Below, in pieces: positions 23,823 to 33,933 of a DNA stretch of 42,659 nucleotides. The stretch is from positions 33,651 through 76,309 of the forward strand of contig JBJHCF010000025.1 in NCBI GenBank assembly GCA_050506795.1. Direction: 5' to 3'. Positions within the stretch are counted from its first letter, which is position 1. Each line of letters starts with the position of its first letter. Made by a program: the position numbers and the translations under genes. Source of the stretch: Opitutia bacterium. GTDB taxonomy: Bacteria > Verrucomicrobiota > Verrucomicrobiia > Opitutales > T3Sed10-336. Under the pieces are notes generated by a model. The model was not told the DNA's origin, ran no database searches, and saw only the letters and a list, made by a program, of their open reading frames with translations.

Positions 23823-26800
23823 ATGATCACTCCCTCTCCCGAACAAGACCTCGTTCTAAAACGTCTCATCACCGACACATCGGAGCAAAAGCCCCGGTTC
23901 GACTGGCGGCAGTCGCTCAATGGTTATCACGACAACCAGCCCGAAGCAAAAATCGTCAGCGCCAAAGGCGAGCAGGATTTTGACCTCGGGGAAGTCGCGG
24001 ACGCTGTCGGCGTCGCCCTGACCAACCTTCTCCTGGCGCGCGAGGAAAGCGATATTTTCACCGAGGAGAACCAGCGCTTTGTCTCCCGTATCGCCTCGGA
24101 TGTCGCCCGCGCCATCACCTCCTACACCGAGGACCGCCCCGCGCCGGCCAGACTCGATGTGGGCGAACTCTACTCTCTCATCGAACGTGCGCTGGTGGAG
24201 AACCGTGCCTACGATGTCGCCAAGAGCCTTGTACTCAAGCGTTCCTCCGAATTGCGCCCCCCCTCCGGTTCCGAAACCGGGCTCCCGCGTCTGATTCGCC
24301 GCAACAACCAGATCGTTCCCTGGAACGAGGCCAAGATCGAGGTCGCCGTTCGCAAGTCCTTTCTCTCCCTTGAGAAGGACTCCGCGCCCGCCGCCCAGGT
24401 TGCCCGCGCCATCACGGAACGGGTCCGCCTGCTTAACCAGGAGTACATCCACATCGAGGAGGTTCAGGACCTGGTCCAGGAGGAGTTGATGCGGGCCGGC
24501 CATTTCAAGGTCGCCGAGAACTACATCCTTTACCGCGCCCGCCGGGCCGCGCTGCGCGAGCAGGACGAAGCCGAAGTGCCGGCTCCCGAGCAGGGCTCCA
24601 TGGTGGTGGTGCGCAATCCAGACGACGGCACCACCTGGTTCTGGGACGGTCTGGACCTGCGCCTGCGCATTCAGTTCGCCACGATCGGCCTCGAACTCTC
24701 CCTGTCCCCCGACGAAATCGAAACGGAGCTGCGCCGCTCCCTGTTCGACGAAATCAGCCCGGCCGACCTCAAGAACACCATCATCCTCAACGCCCGCACC
24801 CTGATCGAAAAGGACTCCGGCTTCGCCAAGTTCGCCGGCCGCATTCTTCTAACCTACATCTACGAGGAGGTCCTGGATTGGGACATCACGCGCCAGGGCA
24901 TCGGCGGTCTCAAGGAGGCCCATCAGAATTACTTTGCCAAGTACCTGCACCATGGCGTGGAAATCGGCCGCCTCGACAAGCGTCTCCTCGAATACGACAT
25001 CGAACAGCTGGCCGCCGCCCTGGATCCCTCCGCGGACCTCGGCTTCGATTACCTGGGCATCCAAACCCTGTACGACCGGTACCTGGTCACCGATAAGACC
25101 AGTAAAAAACACCGCCGCATCGAGACCCCGCAAATCTTCTGGCTGCGCGTCGCCATGGGCCTCTTCATTCGTGAGGAGAAGGAACGCGAACAGCGGGTCA
25201 CCGAACTCTACGACCTCTACAAGAGCCGTCGCTTCTGTTCGTCCACGCCGACCCTCTTTAACGCCGGCACGCCCCATTCCCAGTTGTCCTCCTGCTACCT
25301 GTACTGGGTCGACGACTCCATTGAGGGCATCATGCAGCGCGGCATCGCCGACAACGCCTACCTCTCCAAGTGGGCCGGCGGCCTGGGCGGTTCCTGGACC
25401 TCCGTCCGCGGTACCGGTGCCTACATCAACGGCACCAACGGCGAAAGCCAGGGCGTCATTCCTTTCCTCAAGCTCCACAACGACCAGCTCATCGCCGTCA
25501 ACCAGGGCGGCAAACGCCGCGGTTCCGGCTGCGCGTATCTGGAAACCTGGCACAACGACTTGCTCGACTTCCTCGAACTGCGCCGCAACACCGGCGACGA
25601 CCGCCGCCGCTGCCACGACATGAACACGGCGAACTGGATTCCCGACCTGTTCATGAAACGCATGGAAGCTCGCGAGGACTGGACCTTTTTCCGGTCCAAC
25701 GAAGTCCCGGACCTCCACCACCTTTACGGAAAAAAGTTCGAGGAAAAGTACCTGGAGTACGAAGCCCGTTCGGAAAAGGGGGAAATCAACGGCCGCAAAG
25801 TCCCCGCCATTGACGTCTGGAAAAAGATGCTCCAGATGATCTTTGAAACCGGGCACCCCTGGATGACCTTCAAGGACACCTGCAACGTCCGCAGTCCCCA
25901 GGATCACGCGGGAGTGATCCACAGTTCCAATCTCTGCACCGAGATCACCCTGAACACCGGGCCCGACGAAACCGCCGTGTGCAACCTCGGTTCCGTCATC
26001 CTCGACAACCACCTGGACGACAACGGCGAGATCCTGCACGACAAGCTCCGCGAAACCATTCGCATCGCCGTGCGCGCCCTGGACAACGTCATCGACATCA
26101 ACTTCTATCCCACCGAGGCCGCCAAAAACGCCAACATGCGTCACCGCCCGGTCGGGCTCGGAGTCATGGGCCTCCAGAACGCCCTCTACCAGCGCGGCGC
26201 GCCCTTCGCCTCGCAGGAAGCGGTCGAGTTCAACGACGAGTTCATGGAAGCCATCGCCTACTACGCCTACGAAGCCTCCAGCGACCTCGCCGCCGAACGC
26301 GGCGCGTACTCGACCTTCAAAGGCTCCAAGTGGGACCGCGGTATCCTCCCGCAGGATACGGTTGACCTGCTGGCGGAAGAACGCGGCGAGGAAATCGACG
26401 TCCCCCGCGGCCGCAAAATGGACTGGACTCCCGTGCGGGAAAAGATCGCCAAACAAGGCATGCGCAACAGCAACGTACTCGCCATCGCACCGACCGCCAC
26501 CATCTCCAACATCACCGGCACCTCCCCCTGCATCGAGCCGGCCTACAAGAACCTGTTCGTAAAGAGCAACCTCTCCGGCGAGTTCATCATTCTCAACGCC
26601 CACCTCGTCCGCGACCTCAAGGCGGAAGGCCTTTGGAACCAGGAGATGATCGACAACCTGAAGTACTTCGACGGCGACCTCTCCGACATCGAAGCCATTC
26701 CCGAGCACATCAAGGCCCGCTACCAGACCGCCTTCGACATCGACCACACCTGGTTTATCGAAGCGGCGGCCCGCCGTCAGAAGTGGATCGACCAGGCCCA

Positions 26801-27053
26801 GTCGGTGAACCTCTTTCTCAAGAGCCCGGACATCAAAACCCTCTCCCACATGTACCGCGCCGCCTGGAGGAAAGGCCTCAAAACCACCTACTACCTCCGC
26901 ACCCTCGGCGCCTCCAACATCGAGAAGGCCACCGTCTCAGTCAAAAAAGAAGTCCGCGGCACCGTCAACGGCGACAAACCCACCCCCGCAGAACAACAAG
27001 CCTGCCGCATCGACGCCCTGCGCAACGGCGAAGAATGCGAGGTTTGCCAGTAA
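23823..27053 (+). CDS. nrdA: Ribonucleotide reductase class I alpha subunit with multiple N-terminal ATP-cone domains
   Basis: TPTLFNAG, QLSSCY, SNLCTEI, VCNLGS, APTATIS, KTTYYLR and C-terminal ECEVCQ. Three cone-like segments in the first ~345 aa. Confidence 0.96.
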   Translation: MITPSPEQDLVLKRLITDTSEQKPRFDWRQSLNGYHDNQPEAKIVSAKGEQDFDLGEVADAVGVALTNLLLAREESDIFTEENQRFVSRIASDVARAITSYTEDRPAPARLDVGELYSLIERALVENRAYDVAKSLVLKRSSELRPPSGSETGLPRLIRRNNQIVPWNEAKIEVAVRKSFLSLEKDSAPAAQVARAITERVRLLNQEYIHIEEVQDLVQEELMRAGHFKVAENYILYRARRAALREQDEAEVPAPEQGSMVVVRNPDDGTTWFWDGLDLRLRIQFATIGLELSLSPDEIETELRRSLFDEISPADLKNTIILNARTLIEKDSGFAKFAGRILLTYIYEEVLDWDITRQGIGGLKEAHQNYFAKYLHHGVEIGRLDKRLLEYDIEQLAAALDPSADLGFDYLGIQTLYDRYLVTDKTSKKHRRIETPQIFWLRVAMGLFIREEKEREQRVTELYDLYKSRRFCSSTPTLFNAGTPHSQLSSCYLYWVDDSIEGIMQRGIADNAYLSKWAGGLGGSWTSVRGTGAYINGTNGESQGVIPFLKLHNDQLIAVNQGGKRRGSGCAYLETWHNDLLDFLELRRNTGDDRRRCHDMNTANWIPDLFMKRMEAREDWTFFRSNEVPDLHHLYGKKFEEKYLEYEARSEKGEINGRKVPAIDVWKKMLQMIFETGHPWMTFKDTCNVRSPQDHAGVIHSSNLCTEITLNTGPDETAVCNLGSVILDNHLDDNGEILHDKLRETIRIAVRALDNVIDINFYPTEAAKNANMRHRPVGLGVMGLQNALYQRGAPFASQEAVEFNDEFMEAIAYYAYEASSDLAAERGAYSTFKGSKWDRGILPQDTVDLLAEERGEEIDVPRGRKMDWTPVREKIAKQGMRNSNVLAIAPTATISNITGTSPCIEPAYKNLFVKSNLSGEFIILNAHLVRDLKAEGLWNQEMIDNLKYFDGDLSDIEAIPEHIKARYQTAFDIDHTWFIEAAARRQKWIDQAQSVNLFLKSPDIKTLSHMYRAAWRKGLKTTYYLRTLGASNIEKATVSVKKEVRGTVNGDKPTPAEQQACRIDALRNGEECEVCQ

Positions 27054-27061
27054 GGCAATGA

Positions 27062-27089
27062 ACAGCGGGGCCGTTTCCGGCCCCGCTGT
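27062..27089 (+). terminator. Terminator-like hairpin after nrdA
   Basis: acagcggggccg-tttc-cggccccgctgt, a perfect 12-bp stem; the U-tract is weak. Confidence 0.7.
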
Positions 27090-27107
27090 ATTCAATTCCT
27101 AAGACCA

Positions 27108-30100
27108 ATGTGCGCGAATAATTCTGATCGACTTGTTATCCCGGAAACATTGGTAACTCAAATTGCAGAGAAACGCACTATTCTATTTCTGGGTGCTGGA
27201 GCGAGCATGGGCGCGCTTCACCCGGATGGAAAAATGATGTATTCGTGCGAGGGCATGCGAGATGAGTTGTCCGACCGTTTTTTGAACGGAGACTTGAAGG
27301 ATCGGACATTGGCCAATGTCGCAGACATCGTCGTATCCGAGTATGATCGAGATACACTTCAATCGTTTATCCATGAAATCCTCGAACCATTTCAGCCTGC
27401 TGATTTTCACAAAATTATCCCTCTAATTCCGTGGCAATCGATAGTCACAACCAATTATGATCTGATAATAGAACGCGCATATGCATCAGTGCCTGATCGT
27501 GTATGTGAGATTATTCCATATCTTCGACACGGGGATAAGATTGATTACAAGCTTTCGCTCAATCCACGGGCAATATGTTATATGAAGCTCCATGGATGTG
27601 TCTCAAATCATGGCGACCGAACTCATCCAATCGTTTTAAGTAAAGAGCAATTGAGTCGGTATCGAAAATCACGAGACCGCCTAATCGACAGATTTCAAAG
27701 TTATGCCGAACAATTTCATGTAATCTTTGCCGGATATTCCATCAATGATTCCCACGTCCGGGAGGTTTTGTTCGATTTAACGGGCTCAGAAATAGATCGC
27801 CCGAGGTACTATTTTGTTTCCCCAAATCAGAGTCGTTACGATGTAAGTTATTGGGCTGCGAACCGAATTACGGTATTAAATGCTGACTTTGAGACCTTTC
27901 TCTTAACTCTCAACGATCAACTTATCGGAAACCGTCGGAAGCTTGCCACAATAGTTCTTCGGGGCGAAACAACATTGCGTTCCCACTACAAAACCGCGAA
28001 CCCGGTCGAATCCGATTTGCTTCACGCCTTTCTAGACAAGGACGTCTGGCATATCCACTTTGGAATGTCGGCGAATGGCAAGCCCCCGGCAGAGTTTTAC
28101 TCTGGATACGATGATTCTTGGTGGCCGATCGAGCAATGTTTCGACATTTCTCGCAGAATTACGGACTCGATTATCGTTGAAGCAATTCTAGATGATTCGA
28201 AGCAGTTATTCCGCTTCTTTCTTATTCGCGGGCCTGCTGGAAATGGCAAGACCGTAGCTTTGAAGCGGGTCGCATGGGATGCCGCGATCGATTACGAAAA
28301 GGTCGTGCTATACTTAAGAGAGGGAGGCGCTCTGAAATTTGACGCGATTCGCGAAGCATTCGATCTAACGGGAAAACGCCTATACATTTTTATTGATCAT
28401 GCCGCACTCTATGTTGACGAAATTGAGGCGTTAGCGGCGTTTGCAAAAAGAAATAAGATTCCTATTACCGCTATTGTAACCGAACGCGATAACGAATGGA
28501 ATACACGCTGTGAAAATCTCGATTCACTCGTGTCCAATGATTTCCCCGTCCCATACCTTAACAAACAAGAGATACATCTCCTATTGAAAAAACTTGAAGA
28601 GCATGATTGCTTAAATCATCTTGCCGACCTTTCACCTGAAGATAGGTTCTCCGCGTTTCATGATCGTGCCCAGCGGCAGCTCCTTGTTGCATTACATGAA
28701 ACGACGTTAGGCAAACCTTTTGAGGAAATTGTCTTAGATGAGTACGAACGGATTTATCCGGCTCAAGCACGCGTATTATACTTGGATATCTGCACATTGA
28801 ACCGACTCGATGTCCCGGTACGGGCTGGCTTGATATCGCGAGTCAGTGGCGTATCTTTTGCCAGATTCAAAGAGGCGTTTTTTTCACCACTGGAGCATAT
28901 TGTAAGGTATTACGACCATCCCTATCTTCCAGATGCAATGTTCGAAGCTCGGCATGCGCATGTTGCCGGCATTGTATTTGACCATGTACTTAAGAATGCG
29001 GAGGAGCGATATGATCAGCTTGTAAGGTTATTAGCTCACCTCAATATTGAATATAAATCCGACCTTGAAGCATTTCGCTCATTGATGCGCGGACACAGCA
29101 TCGTTGATGCTTTTCCGTCTGCCGAGCTTGGGCGAAGACTTTTCGAGATTGCTATTGAAAACGTAGGCCGAGACGCGTTTCTCCTCCAACAATATGGGAT
29201 ATTCGAGATGAACCATAAGGGTGGAGATCTTGCTCGTGCTGAGCGTTGGTTAAGGGATGCTCTTGAAATTGCACCTTGGGATCAATCTATAAGACATACA
29301 TACGCGAACCTGTGTCGCCGGAGGTCGCTTGTTGCAAAGACGGACCTTGAAAAGGAGCAATTACGCAAAGAAGCGCGACGTTATCTTCCGGAAGTTAAGG
29401 ATCGAAAGGAAGATCGGCCACATGGACGATACACGAAAACGCAATTGGCTCTTGATGAGCTGAAAGAGCTGTTACAAAGAGTTTCTCCCCAGAACCTCGG
29501 TGAATATCAACGAGTAATTGAGGAGAAAATTAAAGAGATCGAACAGAATCTTGCCTACGGCCTTCAGCATTTTCCTAAGAGGGAAAATTTCCTCGTCTTG
29601 GAGTCGGAGTTTCTTCAAGCTATATTCGAGAATGATGCGGCCGTTTCCGCCTTGAAAAAAGCGTTCGAGCGAAACCCGAGAAATGAACTCGTCGCGTCTC
29701 GACTTGCTTCGACCCTGATGCGTGATGGCAAGATGGACGAGGGGCTTGCGATAATGAAGCGTTGCCTAGAGCAGAACCCGGCATCAAAGTTGATACACTA
29801 TAGAATTGCCCGGCATTATATAGACCAACCTTCGAAAGCCTCTTCCCGATTTGTGATCGATCATCTGATGAGAAGTTTTTCCCCGGGAGATCAGAATTTT
29901 GAAGCAAGATTTTGGCTGGCACGGGAGCTTTTTGTACAAGGCCAAATTGCTGATGCATCACGATATTTTGAAGAAACGAAAGAAGCGAAGATCAGCCCAA
30001 AAGTCAGACATCAACTTAGAGGTTTCGTAACAGTAGAGGGAAACGATAGAATTTTTCGGGGTGAGATTGTTCGGATGGAGGCATCGTATTGCTGGATATC

Positions 30101-30263
30101 ATGTCCGGAGTTTGGTACGAAAATATTTGCTCATGTTAGCCAAAGTGACGCTAGCGTGTGGGAGGAGTTGCGCCTGGGGATGGAAGTATCATATAAGATT
30201 GGATTCAATATGCGTGGGCCACAAGCAACGATTCTGCAAGTCGTGAGGGAATCGTGTGGCTAA
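27108..30263 (+). CDS. SIR2-like + STAND NTPase + TPR + cold-shock/OB-fold protein (Avs/SAMD9-like, predicted antiphage)
   Basis: SIR2 motifs LFLGAGAS, VTTNYD, KLHG and FAGYSIND; Walker A GPAGNGKT; Walker B IFIDH; helical TPR-like region; C-terminal IFAHVSQ...VSYKIGFNMRGPQA. Visibly AT-richer than nrdA. Confidence 0.85.
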   Translation: MCANNSDRLVIPETLVTQIAEKRTILFLGAGASMGALHPDGKMMYSCEGMRDELSDRFLNGDLKDRTLANVADIVVSEYDRDTLQSFIHEILEPFQPADFHKIIPLIPWQSIVTTNYDLIIERAYASVPDRVCEIIPYLRHGDKIDYKLSLNPRAICYMKLHGCVSNHGDRTHPIVLSKEQLSRYRKSRDRLIDRFQSYAEQFHVIFAGYSINDSHVREVLFDLTGSEIDRPRYYFVSPNQSRYDVSYWAANRITVLNADFETFLLTLNDQLIGNRRKLATIVLRGETTLRSHYKTANPVESDLLHAFLDKDVWHIHFGMSANGKPPAEFYSGYDDSWWPIEQCFDISRRITDSIIVEAILDDSKQLFRFFLIRGPAGNGKTVALKRVAWDAAIDYEKVVLYLREGGALKFDAIREAFDLTGKRLYIFIDHAALYVDEIEALAAFAKRNKIPITAIVTERDNEWNTRCENLDSLVSNDFPVPYLNKQEIHLLLKKLEEHDCLNHLADLSPEDRFSAFHDRAQRQLLVALHETTLGKPFEEIVLDEYERIYPAQARVLYLDICTLNRLDVPVRAGLISRVSGVSFARFKEAFFSPLEHIVRYYDHPYLPDAMFEARHAHVAGIVFDHVLKNAEERYDQLVRLLAHLNIEYKSDLEAFRSLMRGHSIVDAFPSAELGRRLFEIAIENVGRDAFLLQQYGIFEMNHKGGDLARAERWLRDALEIAPWDQSIRHTYANLCRRRSLVAKTDLEKEQLRKEARRYLPEVKDRKEDRPHGRYTKTQLALDELKELLQRVSPQNLGEYQRVIEEKIKEIEQNLAYGLQHFPKRENFLVLESEFLQAIFENDAAVSALKKAFERNPRNELVASRLASTLMRDGKMDEGLAIMKRCLEQNPASKLIHYRIARHYIDQPSKASSRFVIDHLMRSFSPGDQNFEARFWLARELFVQGQIADASRYFEETKEAKISPKVRHQLRGFVTVEGNDRIFRGEIVRMEASYCWISCPEFGTKIFAHVSQSDASVWEELRLGMEVSYKIGFNMRGPQATILQVVRESCG

Positions 30264-30286
30264 TATTTGGGTATGGGTTGGTCTGT

Positions 30287-33262
30287 TTAGCTTCCCTTTC
30301 TCCCATAATACCGTTCGAACAGCCGGTCGAAGAGTTCTCGCGAGATGTCCTGGTCGTCTTGGACTTTTTTGTAGAATTTGAAGTTGGATTCGATCATTTC
30401 GTGCAGGATGTCCTGGGCGGCTTGTTCGAAGGAGAGGCGGACGGCGTCTTTTGAGCCGACTTGGAGTTGTTGTTCGAGGATGGGGTCGTTTCGGAGTTTG
30501 GTTTCCATCTGGAGGATGACGACGCGGTCATCTTCGGTGAATTTGGTCCCGAACTGGGAGTTGAGGTCTTCGATGATTTGGGAGAGAGGAATCGCCTCGG
30601 ATTCGAGGGAGCTGGTTCCGGCGCCGAAATTCTTGGGGTCCACCTGGGACTCGCCACGTTGGAGGGCGATGGCTTCTTCGCCGATGAGTTCCGGACGGTA
30701 ATTGTCGAGGTCGGACATGTTGAGGACTTCGTGCGGCAAGCCTTCGTTTTCGGCGGGGAGTTTTTTGACGAGAAAGCCGGTGAATGCGTAGAATTTCTCC
30801 AGGTTTTTGTCTTTGAACGGGATGATTTGGGAAAGGAACCCGTAGAGCTTGACGAAGTCGCGCGCGAGCGATTTGAAATTCTGCCGGTCGTCTTTTTCCA
30901 TCCGCCGGTAGGCCACGACCACCGGGTCGGTCAGCGCGTGCATTTTCTTGATCTTTGTCTCCTCGCGTGCGCGGCCGAAGCAGGCTTTGCTGAATTCCTG
31001 AATCACGTCGGGGGTGAAGATCGCGTAGTCCTGCAGGTCGTTCTGGATGTCGTAGAGGGCATTGGGATCGACTTCTTCGGTCAGGGCGATCCGATCGAAG
31101 TACGGTTGGAAGGCGTCGCGGATGTCGTCGAAGGTGTTTTCGAAATCGAGAACCACGACCTCGTTCTTTCCCGGATGGGTCCGGTTGAGGCGTGAAAGGG
31201 TCTGGACCGCCATGACGCTGGCGAGTTTCCGGTCGATGTACATGGCTTTGAGCAGAGGCTGGTTGAAGCCGGTCTGGTATTTGCTCGCGACGATGAGCAG
31301 GCGGTTTTCGTTGAGTTCGAACATTTCGGGGGTTTTGTCCTCGGAAAACCCGTTCATGCCGGCTTCGGTGTATTCGGCGCCGGTGTCGGGATCGGTAACG
31401 GTGTCGGTGAACGCCACCAGCGCCCGAAAAGGATTGCCGAGTTCGTCGAGGTACTTGCGGACCGCCACCGCATAACGGACGGCGTGAAGGCGGGACCGGG
31501 CGACGATCATGCCTTTTGCTTTCCCGTTGATGCCCGGCATGGCTTTTGCCTGAAAGTGGTCCACAATGATGCGGGCCTTCCGGTCAACCGCGTGCTGGTG
31601 AACCCCCACGAATTGGCGCAGTAACCCGCTCGCCTTCCGCTTGTCGAAAGCGGGGTCTTCCTCCGCCTTTTTCAGCAGGTGCCAGTACTGGTTGTAGGTG
31701 GTGTAGTTGCGGAGCACGTCGAGGATGAACTTTTCCTCGATGGCCTGCCGCATGGTGTAGAGGGTGAACGGTACCTCTTCGGAGCCGTTCGGGTGCTTGG
31801 TCTTGAAAAGCTGGAGGGTTTCCGGTTTGGGCGTGGCGGTGAACGCGAAGTAGCTGACATGGGGCAACCGCCCGCGCGAGGCCATGATCTCATCGATCTT
31901 GTCCTCCCAGGTCGGCGGATCCTCCTCTTGCTCGGTGTTGTCGTCGGTCGAGTTTCCCTTGGCGAGAACCTCGTTCACCTTGAGCGCGGTTTTCCCGGCG
32001 GCGGCGGAATGGGCTTCGTCGATAATGACTGCGAAACGATCGGACTTGAGCGAGGAAAGCTGGTCCACGATCACGGGAAACTTTTGAATGGTGGACACGA
32101 TGATCTTTTTCCCATCTTCCAGGGCCGCTTTGAGCTGCCGGGAAGTCCGGTCGATGTTTTCCAGCATTCCTCGGGTCTGGGTGAATTGTTCCAGTTCCCG
32201 CTGGAGTTGACGGTCGATCACCCGGCGGTCGGAGAGCACGATGACCGTTTTGAAAATGACCTGATCCTTGTCGTCGTGGAGGGTCGCCAGGGAATTGGCG
32301 AGGGTGGCGATTTCGATCGTTTTGCCGCTCCCGGCGCTGTGCTGGTTGAGGTAGGAAAACCCCGCGCCGTGCTCGCGCGCGTGGGCGCCGCAGCGGCGCA
32401 CCGTCTGCAACTGGTGAAAACGGGGAAAGATCTGGAGCTTTTTCCCGGTCGGACGCCCCTTGTCGTCGAGTTGATCGATGACCTGGATGAACCGCTGAAT
32501 GAGATCGAGGATGCTCGTCCGCGTCCAGGTGTTGTTCCAGAGGTACTGGGTGGCGAATCCCGTGCGGCTCGGCGGATTGCCCGCCCCGCCATCCCAGCCT
32601 TGATTGAAGGGCAGAAACGTCGTCTTTTTCCCCTCGAGCGCGGTGGCGATGAACACCTGGGAGGTATCGAGCGCGAAATGGCAGAGGATGCGCCCGAAGC
32701 GGAAGAGCGACTCCTTGGGGTCGCGGTCGTGTTTGTATTGGCTAATCGCGTGGGCGACCGTCTGGCCGCTGACCTCGTTCTTGATCTCAGCGGTGAAGAC
32801 AGGGAGGCCGTTCAGGAAGATCCCGAGATCCAGGGATTGTTCGCCGTATTTCGAGTACTTGAAGCCCCCCGCCGGTTCCGGGTCGTGCAATACCTGAAAG
32901 GCATTGCCCTCAAAGAGCTTCTGCAAGTCCGGGTTCAGATTGCTCGTCGGCTCGAAAAAGCACATATCGAAATGGTGCCCGCTCTCCTGGAACCCCCGCC
33001 GGAGCAGGTAAAGCGTTCCCTTCCGTTCCACCACGTCGCGAATGCGTTTCAAGGCGCGCGGTTCGGCGTCACCTCCCAGGAGTCGCTTGTAGGACTCCCA
33101 CCGCTCCGGCTGGGTGACCTGGAGAAACCGCAGCACGGTGGACGGAATCAGACAAAGCTCCCGGTCGTAGTCCTCCGGCGCGGCCTTGAGAAACCGGTTT
33201 TGTTCCACAAGGTGCCGGACGATAGTGTTTTCAAAAGTTTGTTCGGAAGTCAGTTTGGCCAT
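30287..33262 (-). CDS. hsdR: Type I restriction endonuclease subunit R
   Basis: Nuclease motif D.GIFLNGLPVFTAEIKN, PFNQG, HSAGSGKT, IIDEAHS, FAFTATPK, KYQTGFNQP and QTLSRLNR. Confidence 0.95.
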   Translation of the reverse strand: MAKLTSEQTFENTIVRHLVEQNRFLKAAPEDYDRELCLIPSTVLRFLQVTQPERWESYKRLLGGDAEPRALKRIRDVVERKGTLYLLRRGFQESGHHFDMCFFEPTSNLNPDLQKLFEGNAFQVLHDPEPAGGFKYSKYGEQSLDLGIFLNGLPVFTAEIKNEVSGQTVAHAISQYKHDRDPKESLFRFGRILCHFALDTSQVFIATALEGKKTTFLPFNQGWDGGAGNPPSRTGFATQYLWNNTWTRTSILDLIQRFIQVIDQLDDKGRPTGKKLQIFPRFHQLQTVRRCGAHAREHGAGFSYLNQHSAGSGKTIEIATLANSLATLHDDKDQVIFKTVIVLSDRRVIDRQLQRELEQFTQTRGMLENIDRTSRQLKAALEDGKKIIVSTIQKFPVIVDQLSSLKSDRFAVIIDEAHSAAAGKTALKVNEVLAKGNSTDDNTEQEEDPPTWEDKIDEIMASRGRLPHVSYFAFTATPKPETLQLFKTKHPNGSEEVPFTLYTMRQAIEEKFILDVLRNYTTYNQYWHLLKKAEEDPAFDKRKASGLLRQFVGVHQHAVDRKARIIVDHFQAKAMPGINGKAKGMIVARSRLHAVRYAVAVRKYLDELGNPFRALVAFTDTVTDPDTGAEYTEAGMNGFSEDKTPEMFELNENRLLIVASKYQTGFNQPLLKAMYIDRKLASVMAVQTLSRLNRTHPGKNEVVVLDFENTFDDIRDAFQPYFDRIALTEEVDPNALYDIQNDLQDYAIFTPDVIQEFSKACFGRAREETKIKKMHALTDPVVVAYRRMEKDDRQNFKSLARDFVKLYGFLSQIIPFKDKNLEKFYAFTGFLVKKLPAENEGLPHEVLNMSDLDNYRPELIGEEAIALQRGESQVDPKNFGAGTSSLESEAIPLSQIIEDLNSQFGTKFTEDDRVVILQMETKLRNDPILEQQLQVGSKDAVRLSFEQAAQDILHEMIESNFKFYKKVQDDQDISRELFDRLFERYYGRKGS

Positions 33263-33845
33263 GGCAATCAGCTAGTTACATTCCGGTTAGCCGGGATTTC
33301 CAAGGTTTTCGCTTGAAATGTTATCGCGAAATCCGGATGTTCGAAAACGTCGCCGCCAGCGGCGGACAGACCACCCAAGGCCCCCGCGGGGCCAGCCTGG
33401 CAAATCCGCAGTAATCCCTGCCGTCCCCGAATGCCGACGCGGCGCGTCGGAGTATCGATTAGGGGCGGTGGGGAACGCCGTGTCCGGATCGGGCCAGACA
33501 GGAACTATTGCCGGCAGTCGGACGATAACCCCAGGAATGTCCGCAATCCGGAAAATACGCCGATGACCGTTGACCTCAGCCGCAGGACATCCGACATTTC
33601 CAGCGTCTCTACCAGAGGTAGCAGAACCTACAAAGGCTTCCGCCGGGCCAGCGATGCGAACCGGCGGTTTTTTTGTGCCGATCCCGTGCGGGATGGCTGG
33701 ATTTCGCTTGATTCCCTGGCTGGCTCGTGAGATCGTCCTAGTGGTAACCGTGCCACTTACAGTTGACAACTCTGCTGAGCGCAGGGAAACCGCTTTTCGG
33801 CGGTCCCACCCGGCACTCGGATTTTTGGAGTGAGAATAATTTAAA

Positions 33846-33912
33846 GGTTCCGTCCCGGTGACAAGAGCCCAGGGGGCTCTTCCGATGAAAATCGGATAGC
33901 CGGGACGGTCGC
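33846..33912 (-). ncRNA. Candidate structured RNA (three-way junction) immediately 3' of the DUF3800 gene
   Basis: P1 ccgtcccgg (33850-58)/ccgggacgg (33900-08) encloses hairpins aagagccc/gggctctt (33863-81) and ccgat-gaaa-atcgg (33882-95). Starts ~20 nt after the DUF3800 stop. Strand inferred from the gene. Confidence 0.6.
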
Positions 33913-33933
33913 TTTTCTTACCCCAGGGAGCCA

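Noticed and set aside
24849..26849. 666-aa minus-strand ORF (and similar long antisense ORFs over accC, nrdB, hsdR and hsdM)
   Set aside because: These are shadows of high-GC3 codon usage on the opposite strand of well-supported genes.
33846..33912. Hammerhead ribozyme or tRNA reading of the three-way junction
   Set aside because: No CUGANGA/GAAA junction core on either strand (the gaaa is a hairpin loop), and no T-loop, anticodon arm or CCA.
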